DNA of 64,000 nucleotides from Candidatus Giovannonibacteria bacterium (GCA_016432405.1 CP066687.1:411040-475039), one strand, 5' to 3'. Numbered from the stretch's first letter, positions 16,842-26,074 are shown. Translations and numbers: made by a program. Notes: generated from the letters alone by a model not told the origin.

Positions 16842-19800
16842 TTATTGAACCACCTCCACCGTCCTTACGGCTGTCGCGCTGTTTCCGGCGCTGTCGGTCG
16901 CGGAGTAAAGAATCGTGTGCGTGGTGGTGGTTGAGGTGTCCAGCGAAAGCCCGTCTCCTTGCGAAAGTGCCGGTCCCCCATTTAAAGAAGCAGTGTAACC
17001 GAGATTTGAATCAACGTTATCCGTGACGGTTACTCCCATATCCGCGTAACTCGCGCCCACGTTAATCGTCGCCGGGTTATTTCCCAAAATTGTGATTACC
17101 GGCGGGATAACATCGGGTGTTGAAGAAGAAACACCCGATGTTGAGGAGCCGGCGGCGCCGCACGCTCCTGCTTCCGATTTCAAAACCCCATTCTCCGAAA
17201 ACACGCAGACCGGCCCGCCGGTGGCGCGGTCATAAATTGTGAATCCCTGCGGCCCGGTTACGGTGAGTTTTTGCGTTTCAATTTCCTGAACAATCAATTT
17301 TCCGTTTTCATCTATACTCCACAATCCGGAGGCCGACAAAATCTTGCGGACGTTTATGATGTCGTTATTTTGCAAATCCAAGAGACCGGTCGTTCCCAAA
17401 GCAAGCCCTGAAATCTTCGCGTTCAATTCCTGAATCGCTTTTGCCAAAACCGCGGTCAGGTTCGCGTATTTAACATTGACCGGCGTAGAGGACGCGTCAA
17501 GCGTGACCAGCCGCGGGTCAATGCCGAAAACTTCTTCCGCGATTAAACCGACCTGTTCTCCCTTAACTCCGATGTCGTCATTATAAAGGAACGATACCGG
17601 GCGCAAATTTAATACCGTTTCAAGCGCTCCGGCGCCAAGCGAATTAATGTCGTGCTTGAAACGTTGCGAAGAACCCGTGCAGGCCGCGCCATCGCTATAT
17701 GTGACTTCCTTGTTCGCGGAGAGACAGAGAGCTCCGGCTCCGGCTCCGGCCGTAAGCCCGGAAAACGCCGCCGTCCCCGCAACCGACAAAGTCCTCCACG
17801 GCGTCGTGCTTGCGATGCCGAAATCTCCTCCGTTATTAATATATGATTTGTCGGTGCTCAAAACTGGATCGGAAACAATTTTAATCACAGTATCGCCAGC
17901 TTCATTAGTCATTGAAAAACTTGCTTGCTGATTACTGTCCATGCCGAGCTGATGACTAACTGAGCCGCTTGGTCTAACTATATTAACACCGAGAGGTCTT
18001 GGTGATGTTCCTAGACCTAACTGAATTTCAAGCGCGCTTTCACTTGTCGGCACACGGCCAATTCCTACTCTTTTGGTCACGCCGTCAACCGAGATAATTG
18101 GGGGGCCTACAGTTGATGAGGTTGCGATGCTCCACGCGTTAATTACTTGCGGAATTGTTGAGGTCGCGGATTTTTGATAGGAGAAAGTCAGCGCGGCCGC
18201 GGTGCTTGAAGAATAGGTGATGAGGTTGGAGTCAAGATAAGCGTTCCCCTGCACGGAAAGCAAACTTGCCGGACTCGTCGTCCCGATGCCGACGTTGCCG
18301 GTGGTTGCTGCAACAACCAAATGGTCTGCCACGCCACCTTCTCTTATGCCAAAGTTGGTATCTGAACTAGAGTTGCTAACATTGCGACCAATGAACCAAT
18401 CTGGCCCGTCGCCAGTATCAAAATACAAACTCACACTTGCCCCAGCGCCGGTGACCGTGTTGGAAAGTCGTATTTGTGCGGGATCAGTTGTGCCCGCGTC
18501 AATGTTTAATGAATAGGTCCCGGGGTTTGCCACCCCAATACCCACATTCCCCGTAAAATATCCATTTCCCGCAACTGAAAAGAGCGAAGCCGGACTCGTC
18601 GTCCCGATGCCGACGTTGCCGCCTGTTGTTATTACAAATTCATTACCTGTAAAATCAGCGTCCTCACTAATCTTAAAGGAATCCGAATCTGAATTATCTA
18701 TGCCTGCATACCATGAAATGACATCAGGCAATTGCCAACGCAATGTCGCATCCCCCGTCCCAGCTTGTTGAATTTTAATTCCCGCCGAACCAGTAAGGGC
18801 ATCATTATTTCTTACAACGAGAGACTGGTCTGGACTCGTCGTCCCAATGCCGACGTTGCCGCTTGTTTGCTGGACCACGAATTGGCTTGTGCCGATAGTG
18901 AAGCCACCTGTCCCGAATGTACTCGTCGCTGTGCCACTCACCGCGAGCGTTCCCGTCGCCGTAAGACCCGCCACAGAAAGATTGCTGGAGAACAGCCCGG
19001 CTCCATGCACCGAAAGCAAACTCCCCGGACTCGTCGTCCCGATGCCGACGTTGCCGTTATCAATTACACTCAAAACCTCCGTAATATTTACCAAGGCGGT
19101 ACTGGCATAACCAAGACTTATTCTAGAATTAGAGCCAGTAGAAAAATTTTCAATTCCTACACGAGTACTACCGCCAGCGTTCATCGCAATCCCATTCCCC
19201 GCGGCACCATTAGAGAAATAAATCTTTGATGCCGCTCCGCCAATTTCCACTTTAGTCGTAGGATTCGCTAACCCGATGCCGACATTGCCGCCATTAAGCA
19301 GAGTTAATACAGGCGGAGTTGAAGTGGCATACGCATCAGTTGATGTTCCCACATAGAGATTCCCTCCCATTGACGATAAGAGCCAATGTTTCAGGTTTGC
19401 TCCGGCAGAAGTATCGGAAAGCGCGAAAGAAGGCCTCGTCCCCGCCGCCTGCAGGAGCCAGTTCGGCGTCGTCGTCCCGATGCCGACGTTGCCACTGATT
19501 ATTGCTCCATTAGTTGGTGGAGTGGCTCCCCCGTCAGCGTAAGTTCCCACAGCTATGCCCTGATAGCCGACAGAAAGTGAGGGGGCTGTAACTCCATTAC
19601 TTCCGGTACCTTTAAGGTCTATTCGAACAGGACCCGAATCCGAAGCGCTGGCTCCGCTCTGTACAAACCGTATTTGTGCGTACCCGTCACCCTCACTAAA
19701 AAATAGATTATTAGCATTTACACCAAGAGCTCGTATCACACCGAGTTCGTCTCCACTGGCAGTCTGAGAAAGCGTGTCTACGCTTGTTCCAACAGATTTT

Positions 19801-22800
19801 CTGAAAGACAGAGTGCCACTATGAGTTAGAGTGGCGCTGTAAGCAGATATTGTTTGGACTGTATCGGCAGATGCTCCAGCCAGTTCTAGTAATGAACTCG
19901 GGCTAGCGTCCCCGATGCCGATTCTGCCGTTTTGATTTACTCCGCCAACCACAAATGACGGCGTTGAACTTCCGGTATTTGATATCACGAACGAATTTGT
20001 CTCCGTTCCCTGTTCAACCGACAACAACCCCCACGGACTCGTCGTCCCGATGCCGACGTTGCCGCCTTCTGCAATAGACATCCTTATGGCACTTGAGCCG
20101 CCGCCTATTGGGTCTGTATAAAAGTTCAATACATTATTGGTCTCGTCCCACTGAATGTAGGCGCGGTCCACGCCATTTTCATTGAAGCGGATATTTGAAC
20201 TCCCCTCCGCACCATCTAAAATCAATTTATCGGTGTTGGCCGAATTAAAGATATGCAAGGCGTTAGCCGGACTCATCGTCCCGATGCCGACGTTGCCGTT
20301 TTCCGCCACATACAAGCTGTTGGCGGTTGCTCCGCGATTTACAACAAAAGCGGTGTTGTTGCCAACAGTAAGCCCTCCAGAAATAGTGGAAGTGGCGGTG
20401 GTGGAAGTCGCGTTGAAAATAGGGATATTGAGAGTCCCGTAGCTTGTGATGCTTGAATTAAACAATCCTCCGCCCGCCACCGAAAGCAAAGCCCCCGGAC
20501 TCGTCGTCCCGATGCCGACGTTGCCTCCGCTTAACAATGTCATCACAATAGCATCATTGATAGCAAATTGAATTGGGTAAGTGCCAGTTGATTGAAGCAC
20601 ACTTGCGTATGCAGATGCTCCTGTTAGTAATCCTCCAGTAGTGCTCCAATTTTTACCCAACTCAAATGTACCGCCAGTATTTATAATATCGATATATGCA
20701 TAGTTTGTGCCTGTAGTTGATGTGATTTTCATCCTTCCAGTTTCACTTTGAATATCAAGTGGCAGTGTTGGATTCGTCGTCCCGATGCCGACGTTACCGC
20801 CGGATGTAGCCAGATACGTTGAGCCGGTGGTGGTTAATTGCGTCCCCGAAGCATTTCCAAAAGTTAGAAGCCCAGTAACATTCAGCGTTGAAGTCGCCGT
20901 TATCGCCCCGCCGAAGAATCCCGTGCCGGAGAAGTATCCGCTTCCCTGCACCGAGAGCAATGCCCCCGGACTCGTCGTCCCGATGCCGACGTTGCCGGCA
21001 GCATTTATCGTTATAGCCGGTGTTGTAGCTAACGCTCCGAGAGGCGCGGTATAGAACTTCAAACCAGCATCGTTGTTTGTGGCACTTTGGATAAAACCGC
21101 TTATCCGACCCATTGGTAAGACATCACTCCGCTGTTTGAAGTCTATGCTTATCTCGTCATTTGCAAGCATCTGGAGGTCGGAATATGACATACTGAGCAA
21201 AGTAATTTGTGTTGCGGCTCTATTTCCCCCTACCACATCTAATTTATACAAAGGCCCCGTCGTCCCGATGCCGACGTTGCCGCCATTAGTAACTATGAAA
21301 TTCGTTGCCGTTGAAGAGCCAACCACGAATGAAGGGACACCCGCGCCAAGAGCGTTCGGATTTACCGAAAGAAGCCCCCACGGCGAAGTTGATGCGATGC
21401 CGACGTTGCCGGTGGAGGTGACATTAAAAAGCGAAGAGTCAGATGAAGAAAGGACGCGGAAAAGGTCGGCGGATTGGCTGGTAACTCCCTTGATTGTTAA
21501 AGGAATGGCGGTGGTGGAAGTAGCTCCGATTGTGAGCACGGAAAGTCCGGAGTGAGTAGTGGTGCCGAAAGCGGCCTGTCCCGCGGCCGAGAAGACAAAT
21601 CTGGTTGTGGGCTCGCTGGCGCCATCCTGAAGCCGCAAAAGGTCTCCCGAAACGGTGGAGTTCCACATTGTGTATGCGGCGCCGGTAGTGGTGGCCAAAT
21701 GAGTAATTCTTCCCTTAAAAATATGGCTGTCGGCGTTGGGGGCGTCTCCCATTGTAAATTGATTTTCAACAGTGAAGTTGGATGCGGTGGTGGAAGCCAA
21801 AGTTGTGCCGCCAACGGTGGTCAGTCCATTTGCAAAAACGTCCCCGTCAGCATCAACAAGGAAGCGAACCGCTCCGCCGACAGCTATGCCCAGAAGATTG
21901 GTATCCGCCGCCGCCGAAGCCGGATTGATGACCACAACCGAGTCCGTGACCGCGGAGTTGGCAACGCCAACAGCCCAGGTGCCGAAAGTGTGCGAAACCG
22001 TCGGGCTTTTTGTGACTAAAAGCTGTTCGGTGAGAGTCGTGGTGGAGTTTACATTCATTGAAGCGCCGGAGACGTTAAGCCCGCCGCTCGCAAGTATGTC
22101 TCCCGAAACCGAAAAAGTTGCGCTGGGAGTCGTGGTGCCTATGCCAATTCTGTAGTTTTTTGTGTCAAAAGTAAGAAAAGGAGTGACGGAAGTGGAAGTG
22201 GCGAAAGAGAAAGCGTTGATTAAGGAAGAGGCGATGGTGGTGGTGGCCTGGTTGAAGAAAGCGAGATTTCCGTAAAGAGTCATGTCCCCCGTAAGTTGGA
22301 GGGTGGAAGAAGCGTAAACGGCGCTGGCGAAGTCGGAGCGGCCGGAGACGGTAAGAGCGCCGATGGAAGCGGAAGTTGAGTTAAGCGAGGTTGAGGTCAG
22401 AGAAGCCAAGCCCGATACCGCTCCGGCTGAAGTTACGTTCCAGACGTTTGAGGTTATGGATACGTTTTTGCCTTCAGCCCCAAGAGTCACGTTTCCTGAA
22501 GCGTTTAAATTGCCGCCGGTGGAAATTCCGTTGGAGAAGTCCCCGAAAGAAGCCGAGACGCCGGAGCCGGTCTGGGGAGGAGACGAAGCGTAAGGGCCGG
22601 GGATTGAAGTCGTGAGAAAGACAACCGGATTTTGGACCTGGTTGGAAGGAAGCCGTTTTTCCAAAGCGGCAAGAGAAAGCTGGACCTGTGCCAAGACGGC
22701 TTGGTTGAGAGAAGAGAGGCGCTGGTCAAGCTCTGTTTGGGAGATGCCTGCCTTGCCGGCAGGCAGGCCGGAGACGACGCGTTCAACTACTCCGACGCTC

Positions 22801-23987
22801 GGCTTTGCCGAGGTCGGAGCCCCGACCAAAGCGTCGGGGCGGGATGGAGGTGTGGAAGTTGATTCTCCAAATGTGATAATTTTACTTCCATCTTGAGGTA
22901 AATTGGGAGCCGGAGGAGTTTCCGCGGCTTCAGGCGGTTTAACCGAGAAAAAATCCATTGCCACCAGCTTCAGGTCGCCCCCCAAAGACGCTATGTATCC
23001 CCGCCAGCCGAGGACATTGTTTATAAATCTGTCTTTAATATCCGAGAGAGAGAGTTTGGCGTCTTTAAAAGTAAAGGGCAAAGAAAAGGTAGCTCCGACG
23101 TCAGGAAGTCGGAGTCCCGACCAAAGCGTCGGGGGAAGCGAGAATTCGGGCAAAGCAAGAGCCAGCGAGGGGAGTTTGATTTCCGGCCAAGCGAAAAGTT
23201 CTGTGAGAGGTTGGAAATTTGGAAGTTGAAAAGTCGGAAGTTTGAAAGTAAGTTGAGGCAGTTTTGGTTTTGGTAAAGTTAATTTTGGAAGTTTGATTTC
23301 GGGCAGGGAGAGGGCTAGAGAGGCTCGGTCTTTGATGCTTTGAAAAACGTTTCCGAGCACTGCTTTAATGTTAACCTCACCTCCCAACCCCCTCTCCTTA
23401 CGAAGGAGAGGGGGCGGAGGGGGTGAGGTAAGGGTCTCAAAAAATCCGGCTGCAAATTTTTTCGCAGAGACAATAGAATTCCCAATTTCATCCGCGACGA
23501 CGAAAATCTCACCTGCCAACTCTTTCACGGAGACATTAATATTTTCGGTTGCATCCGCAATAGAATTTTTGATTGCGCCCGCGTTATAAAAAATCAGCAC
23601 GGCAATCAGTACTGACGAGAGAGAAGCCGCTCCCAGCGACCATTGCTTCAGAGAAAATTTCGGAAACCGAATTTTTGGAAATTGAAAGTATTCTTTCTCT
23701 TTCTCCCCCAAAATCGCCTTGTCCCACTCATCTGTTGTATGAAAGATTTCCGGCTTTGTAAGGATAACTTGCGGCTCTGTTTTCTCTTGCGTCCGCAAGA
23801 TGGATTTTTTGTAATCCAAAATAGATTTTTCGGAAACCATCCAATCGGTGCCGAATTTTTTTCCTTTTACTTTTTCCTCGCGGCAAAGCTGTCCGACATA
23901 GATGCGTGTATAGCCGCAAAGAGCCGCGGCCTCGGAAGCCGTGATATATTTTTCCCCTTCTAAGATAATTTCACGAGAATCTTTCAT
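16842..23987 (-). CDS. Giant (2381 aa) membrane-anchored fibre-like surface protein: N-terminal HTH, TM, Pro-rich linker, GNVGIGTTSP repeats, C-terminal intramolecular-chaperone (peptidase S74-like) domain, Ig-like tail
   Basis: Single uninterrupted ORF. The N-terminal ITASEAAALCGYTRIYVGQLCREEKV is an HTH. A TM segment lies at about aa 110-135. The LPKLTLPKPKLPQLTFKLPTF Pro-rich repeats follow. There are more than 12 G(G)NVGIGTTSPxxLLSV modules. The C-terminus (SSQRFKHDINSL...LRPVSFLY...GLIAEEV) matches the auto-cleaving tailspike chaperone domain. The final approximately 120 aa (PVITILGNNPATINVGASYADMGVTVTDNVD) resemble a bacterial Ig-like/DUF5011-type domain. Confidence 0.8.
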   Translation of the reverse strand: MKDSREIILEGEKYITASEAAALCGYTRIYVGQLCREEKVKGKKFGTDWMVSEKSILDYKKSILRTQEKTEPQVILTKPEIFHTTDEWDKAILGEKEKEYFQFPKIRFPKFSLKQWSLGAASLSSVLIAVLIFYNAGAIKNSIADATENINVSVKELAGEIFVVADEIGNSIVSAKKFAAGFFETLTSPPPPPLLRKERGLGGEVNIKAVLGNVFQSIKDRASLALSLPEIKLPKLTLPKPKLPQLTFKLPTFQLPNFQPLTELFAWPEIKLPSLALALPEFSLPPTLWSGLRLPDVGATFSLPFTFKDAKLSLSDIKDRFINNVLGWRGYIASLGGDLKLVAMDFFSVKPPEAAETPPAPNLPQDGSKIITFGESTSTPPSRPDALVGAPTSAKPSVGVVERVVSGLPAGKAGISQTELDQRLSSLNQAVLAQVQLSLAALEKRLPSNQVQNPVVFLTTSIPGPYASSPPQTGSGVSASFGDFSNGISTGGNLNASGNVTLGAEGKNVSITSNVWNVTSAGAVSGLASLTSTSLNSTSASIGALTVSGRSDFASAVYASSTLQLTGDMTLYGNLAFFNQATTTIASSLINAFSFATSTSVTPFLTFDTKNYRIGIGTTTPSATFSVSGDILASGGLNVSGASMNVNSTTTLTEQLLVTKSPTVSHTFGTWAVGVANSAVTDSVVVINPASAAADTNLLGIAVGGAVRFLVDADGDVFANGLTTVGGTTLASTTASNFTVENQFTMGDAPNADSHIFKGRITHLATTTGAAYTMWNSTVSGDLLRLQDGASEPTTRFVFSAAGQAAFGTTTHSGLSVLTIGATSTTAIPLTIKGVTSQSADLFRVLSSSDSSLFNVTSTGNVGIASTSPWGLLSVNPNALGAGVPSFVVGSSTATNFIVTNGGNVGIGTTGPLYKLDVVGGNRAATQITLLSMSYSDLQMLANDEISIDFKQRSDVLPMGRISGFIQSATNNDAGLKFYTAPLGALATTPAITINAAGNVGIGTTSPGALLSVQGSGYFSGTGFFGGAITATSTLNVTGLLTFGNASGTQLTTTGSTYLATSGGNVGIGTTNPTLPLDIQSETGRMKITSTTGTNYAYIDIINTGGTFELGKNWSTTGGLLTGASAYASVLQSTGTYPIQFAINDAIVMTLLSGGNVGIGTTSPGALLSVAGGGLFNSSITSYGTLNIPIFNATSTTATSTISGGLTVGNNTAFVVNRGATANSLYVAENGNVGIGTMSPANALHIFNSANTDKLILDGAEGSSNIRFNENGVDRAYIQWDETNNVLNFYTDPIGGGSSAIRMSIAEGGNVGIGTTSPWGLLSVEQGTETNSFVISNTGSSTPSFVVGGVNQNGRIGIGDASPSSLLELAGASADTVQTISAYSATLTHSGTLSFRKSVGTSVDTLSQTASGDELGVIRALGVNANNLFFSEGDGYAQIRFVQSGASASDSGPVRIDLKGTGSNGVTAPSLSVGYQGIAVGTYADGGATPPTNGAIISGNVGIGTTTPNWLLQAAGTRPSFALSDTSAGANLKHWLLSSMGGNLYVGTSTDAYATSTPPVLTLLNGGNVGIGLANPTTKVEIGGAASKIYFSNGAAGNGIAMNAGGSTRVGIENFSTGSNSRISLGYASTALVNITEVLSVIDNGNVGIGTTSPGSLLSVHGAGLFSSNLSVAGLTATGTLAVSGTATSTFGTGGFTIGTSQFVVQQTSGNVGIGTTSPDQSLVVRNNDALTGSAGIKIQQAGTGDATLRWQLPDVISWYAGIDNSDSDSFKISEDADFTGNEFVITTGGNVGIGTTSPASLFSVAGNGYFTGNVGIGVANPGTYSLNIDAGTTDPAQIRLSNTVTGAGASVSLYFDTGDGPDWFIGRNVSNSSSDTNFGIREGGVADHLVVAATTGNVGIGTTSPASLLSVQGNAYLDSNLITYSSSTAAALTFSYQKSATSTIPQVINAWSIATSSTVGPPIISVDGVTKRVGIGRVPTSESALEIQLGLGTSPRPLGVNIVRPSGSVSHQLGMDSNQQASFSMTNEAGDTVIKIVSDPVLSTDKSYINNGGDFGIASTTPWRTLSVAGTAAFSGLTAGAGAGALCLSANKEVTYSDGAACTGSSQRFKHDINSLGAGALETVLNLRPVSFLYNDDIGVKGEQVGLIAEEVFGIDPRLVTLDASSTPVNVKYANLTAVLAKAIQELNAKISGLALGTTGLLDLQNNDIINVRKILSASGLWSIDENGKLIVQEIETQKLTVTGPQGFTIYDRATGGPVCVFSENGVLKSEAGACGAAGSSTSGVSSSTPDVIPPVITILGNNPATINVGASYADMGVTVTDNVDSNLGYTASLNGGPALSQGDGLSLDTSTTTTHTILYSATDSAGNSATAVRTVEVVQ
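18276..21420. repeat. Intragenic dispersed repeat, about 24-29 nt conserved between copies (GGACTCGTCGTCCCGATGCCGACGTTGCC and variants), at least 12 copies
   Basis: Copies sit at about 18276, 18590, 18830, 19030, 19460, 20033, 20268, 20500, 20773, 20960, 21250 and 21385. They are spaced irregularly at 130-600 nt. On the minus strand each encodes GNVGIGTTSP. Confidence 0.8.
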
Positions 23988-24083
23988 AGAAAGCTTTCAT
24001 AAGAAATATTCTTTTTAGAACATTCTATATCTTTCAGTATAAGTCCGCGGATTTTTTATTTAAACAAAAAATCCGCAATTTTC

Positions 24084-24092
24084 TGTGGATAA
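24084..24092 (-). promoter_or_regulatory. Consensus DnaA box (TGTGGATAA on plus = TTATCCACA) in the giant-gene promoter region
   Basis: Exact 9-mer, about 95 nt upstream of the giant ORF start. Next to the inverted repeat CGGATTTTTT-N8-AAAAAATCCG (24046-24073) and AT-rich AAATTTAAAATTTT tandem repeats. Confidence 0.4.
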
Positions 24093-24165
24093 GTATTAAA
24101 AAAATTTTAAATTTAAAATTTTAAATTTAAAATTAAGTTTTAATAAACGTTATTAAACCTTGATA

Positions 24166-24894
24166 CTAACTAGCTTTATTTGCCTGTCGCCAGGCGGCTA
24201 TTTTTTTATGATTCCCGGAAAGAAGGATTTTGGGGACTTTATATGTTTTCCCCTTCCATTTGAATATTTCCGGCCTTGTGTAGGCCGGCACGCCGATGCC
24301 GTGCCTTTTTTCTTCAAGCGATTCGGACTTGCCCAAAACCCCGGGAATTTTTCTTAAAACTGCGTCAACAATAACCATCGCGGGGAGTTCCCCGCCGGTG
24401 AGGACATAGGGACCTATGCTCAAATTTTCAATTTTTAACCCGCCTGCCGGACGGGCAGGTTTCCAATTTTCAATTATTGATTTAACGCGCTCGTCAATGC
24501 CTTCATAGCGGCCGCAGATAAAAATAATCCGTTTATATTTCTTGGCGAAATCTCCGGCCATTTTAGAATTAAATTGTTTTCCGGAAGCGGAGAGTAAAAT
24601 TATCAAGACGTCCGACGTCTTCTCTGACTTAGACGTCGGACGTCTAAGTTGAAGAATTGAATCAAGAGCTTTGGCAAGCGGCTCAATTTTCAATACCATC
24701 CCCGGGCCGCCGCCGTAGGGCCGGTCGTCAACCCGCCCAAAGCTACGCATTGAGGCGGGCAAGAAATTTCTTAAATCCCAGATTTTTATTTTTGCCAATT
24801 TCTTTTTTTGGGCGCGCGAAATTATGGACTCGTTAAAATAATCCCTAAAAACTTTCGGAAAAATTGTGATGATATCGAAACGCAAGTTTGACAT
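24166..24894 (-). CDS. trmD: tRNA (guanine37-N1)-methyltransferase TrmD. Start refined to MSNLRFDII.
   Basis: About 243 aa with a TrmD SPOUT fold (RFDIITIFP...GRYEGIDERV...GGELPAMV). The ORF-track N-terminal extension is encoded by a REP-B palindrome. In-frame GACGTC(C/G)GACGTC palindromes lie at 24606-24645. Confidence 0.85.
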   Translation of the reverse strand: MSNLRFDIITIFPKVFRDYFNESIISRAQKKKLAKIKIWDLRNFLPASMRSFGRVDDRPYGGGPGMVLKIEPLAKALDSILQLRRPTSKSEKTSDVLIILLSASGKQFNSKMAGDFAKKYKRIIFICGRYEGIDERVKSIIENWKPARPAGGLKIENLSIGPYVLTGGELPAMVIVDAVLRKIPGVLGKSESLEEKRHGIGVPAYTRPEIFKWKGKTYKVPKILLSGNHKKIAAWRQANKAS

Positions 24895-24912
24895 TTTTTT
24901 ATTTTTGCCCCG

Positions 24913-24933
24913 CTTAGCAATCCGATTGCTAAG
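24913..24933. repeat. REP family B palindrome CTTAGCAATC(C/G)GATTGCTAAG
   Basis: 21-nt palindrome between trmD and RAYT2. Other copies: 25391-25411 (inside RAYT2 coding, in-frame LLSNRIAKL), 25605-25625 (variant at the RAYT2 5' end) and 48691-48715 (25-nt perfect). Confidence 0.8.
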
Positions 24934-24940
24934 TAAATCT

Positions 24941-25588
24941 CTATTCACATAACAAATCCTCCATTTCTTTAAATAGCCGCTTTCGCTCCAAAATATCGTT
25001 GAGGGAGCTTTCCGCAAACTTCCTATATTCATCGGCGCTATCAAACTGTTCAAGAATAATAGCCGATCTGCAAAGGGAAGATTTAGATTTTTGCTTAGAA
25101 AAATATTCTTCCCAACTTGATCTAAACTTTTTGTTGCCTTTAATTCTGTGCGCTTTATTGTTTAGGTTTACGTATGCGCTCAAATGCAATAAATACTCGT
25201 TTGAATTGATATGTTTAGCTTTGAATTTTCCTTGGAGAAGAACGCCTGTTCTGTGATATTTAAAATTGAAATGTTGAGTAAACCCGGTCCCTATTCTTCG
25301 CATATATTCACTGATCCCATTGTCTACCCTTTGGCGCAAAATCATATGATAATGATTGGGGTTAAGACAAAAACACACGACGTCCACCAACTTAGCAATC
25401 CGATTGCTAAGTAGAAGTTTTCTAAAAGAATGTTCAAAAATACTGCCAATTGGTTTTACGGAATTAAAATCTTCCATGCCTTGAAGAAATCTTTCGAAAT
25501 CATAACCGTCCAAAAATATATCCCGTTTATCTACACCGCGATTATAAACGTGATAAAACTCTCCGTTTGTAAATCTAAATTTACGCAT
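24941..25588 (-). CDS. REP-associated tyrosine transposase (RAYT), copy 2. Start refined to MRKFRFTNGEFYHVYNRG.
   Basis: HuH motif NPNHYHMIL. Conserved N-terminal HVYNRGVDKRDIF and catalytic region YVNLN. Flanked by, and containing, REP-B. Confidence 0.75.
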   Translation of the reverse strand: MRKFRFTNGEFYHVYNRGVDKRDIFLDGYDFERFLQGMEDFNSVKPIGSIFEHSFRKLLLSNRIAKLVDVVCFCLNPNHYHMILRQRVDNGISEYMRRIGTGFTQHFNFKYHRTGVLLQGKFKAKHINSNEYLLHLSAYVNLNNKAHRIKGNKKFRSSWEEYFSKQKSKSSLCRSAIILEQFDSADEYRKFAESSLNDILERKRLFKEMEDLLCE

Positions 25589-25627
25589 AATTAAAACAAT
25601 AGCACTAAGCAATCGGATTGCCAAGTA

Positions 25628-25666
25628 AACCAACGGCTCGCATCCAAAAAATGCGAGCCGTTGGTT
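25628..25666. terminator. Perfect 16-bp-stem hairpin with an A/T-rich loop (possible bidirectional terminator)
   Basis: AACCAACGGCTCGCAT-CCAAAAA-ATGCGAGCCGTTGGTT. It lies between RAYT2 and the KH-protein gene. Confidence 0.4.
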
Positions 25667-25690
25667 ATTATTTCGCTTTTTCGGCGAAAT

Positions 25691-26017
25691 TTAAAGTTTA
25701 AGGTCGTCAACCATGTCGTCCACGCCCCGGCTTCTTGGAACATGAGTCCCTCCTTCCGGTTCCTCAATCTTGAGGTTCACCCGCGCGTGGTTTTTTATTC
25801 CGACCACGCGCAGAAGCGTGCGGAGCGCCTTGGCGGTGTTGCCTTGGCGGCCGATGAGCTTGCCGACGTCTTCTTTGCCCACTTTCACGGACAAAAGGAC
25901 GCCCATCTCATCAACCTTCCTCGCAACCTTGACAGCGCTGGGATTATCAACGAGCGCTTTGACCACATACTCCAAAAATTCCTCGTCAGAATACGTGCTA
26001 GATGCTTTTGCAGCCAT
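25691..26017 (-). CDS. KH-domain RNA-binding protein (YlqC/UPF0109-like)
   Basis: 108 aa with a KH GxxG-type loop (LIGRQGNTAKALRTL). Canonical position between rpsP and trmD. Confidence 0.8.
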   Translation of the reverse strand: MAAKASSTYSDEEFLEYVVKALVDNPSAVKVARKVDEMGVLLSVKVGKEDVGKLIGRQGNTAKALRTLLRVVGIKNHARVNLKIEEPEGGTHVPRSRGVDDMVDDLKL

Positions 26018-26074
26018 TGTAGCAAAGTCCGTTCTTTAGCCCTGTAATATCCGAATTTTCGACCATTTTCGGCG

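Noticed and set aside
18276-21420. Regularly recurring repeats of about 24-29 nt, considered as a possible CRISPR array
   Set aside because: The repeats lie inside one uninterrupted 7.1-kb ORF and each translates to the same GNVGIGTTSP peptide. Spacing is irregular (130-600 nt). No cas genes or leader are present. They are coding-sequence repeats, not CRISPR.
16842-23987. Dozens of 60-165-aa plus-strand ORFs inside the giant gene (for example 18732..19229, 21073..21555, 21552..22019)
   Set aside because: They are antisense to a strongly supported long ORF. Their translations are Arg/Pro/Ser-rich low-complexity, typical of GC-rich antisense frames.
24894-25053. ORF-track N-terminal extensions: trmD (24166..25053), RAYT2 (24941..25633), pcm (28098..28874), sod (42898..43713), ferredoxin (43511..43774), rpsB (51478..52293), tsf (51029..51622), rpmE (52120..52473), Rrf2 (45722..46048), murA (13846..15147)
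   Set aside because: Homolog-guided starts lie at internal Met codons. Several of the extensions are simply REP palindromes read in-frame (LLSNRIAKR, MTETKFR) or upstream non-coding sequence. Refined coordinates are used in the feature list.
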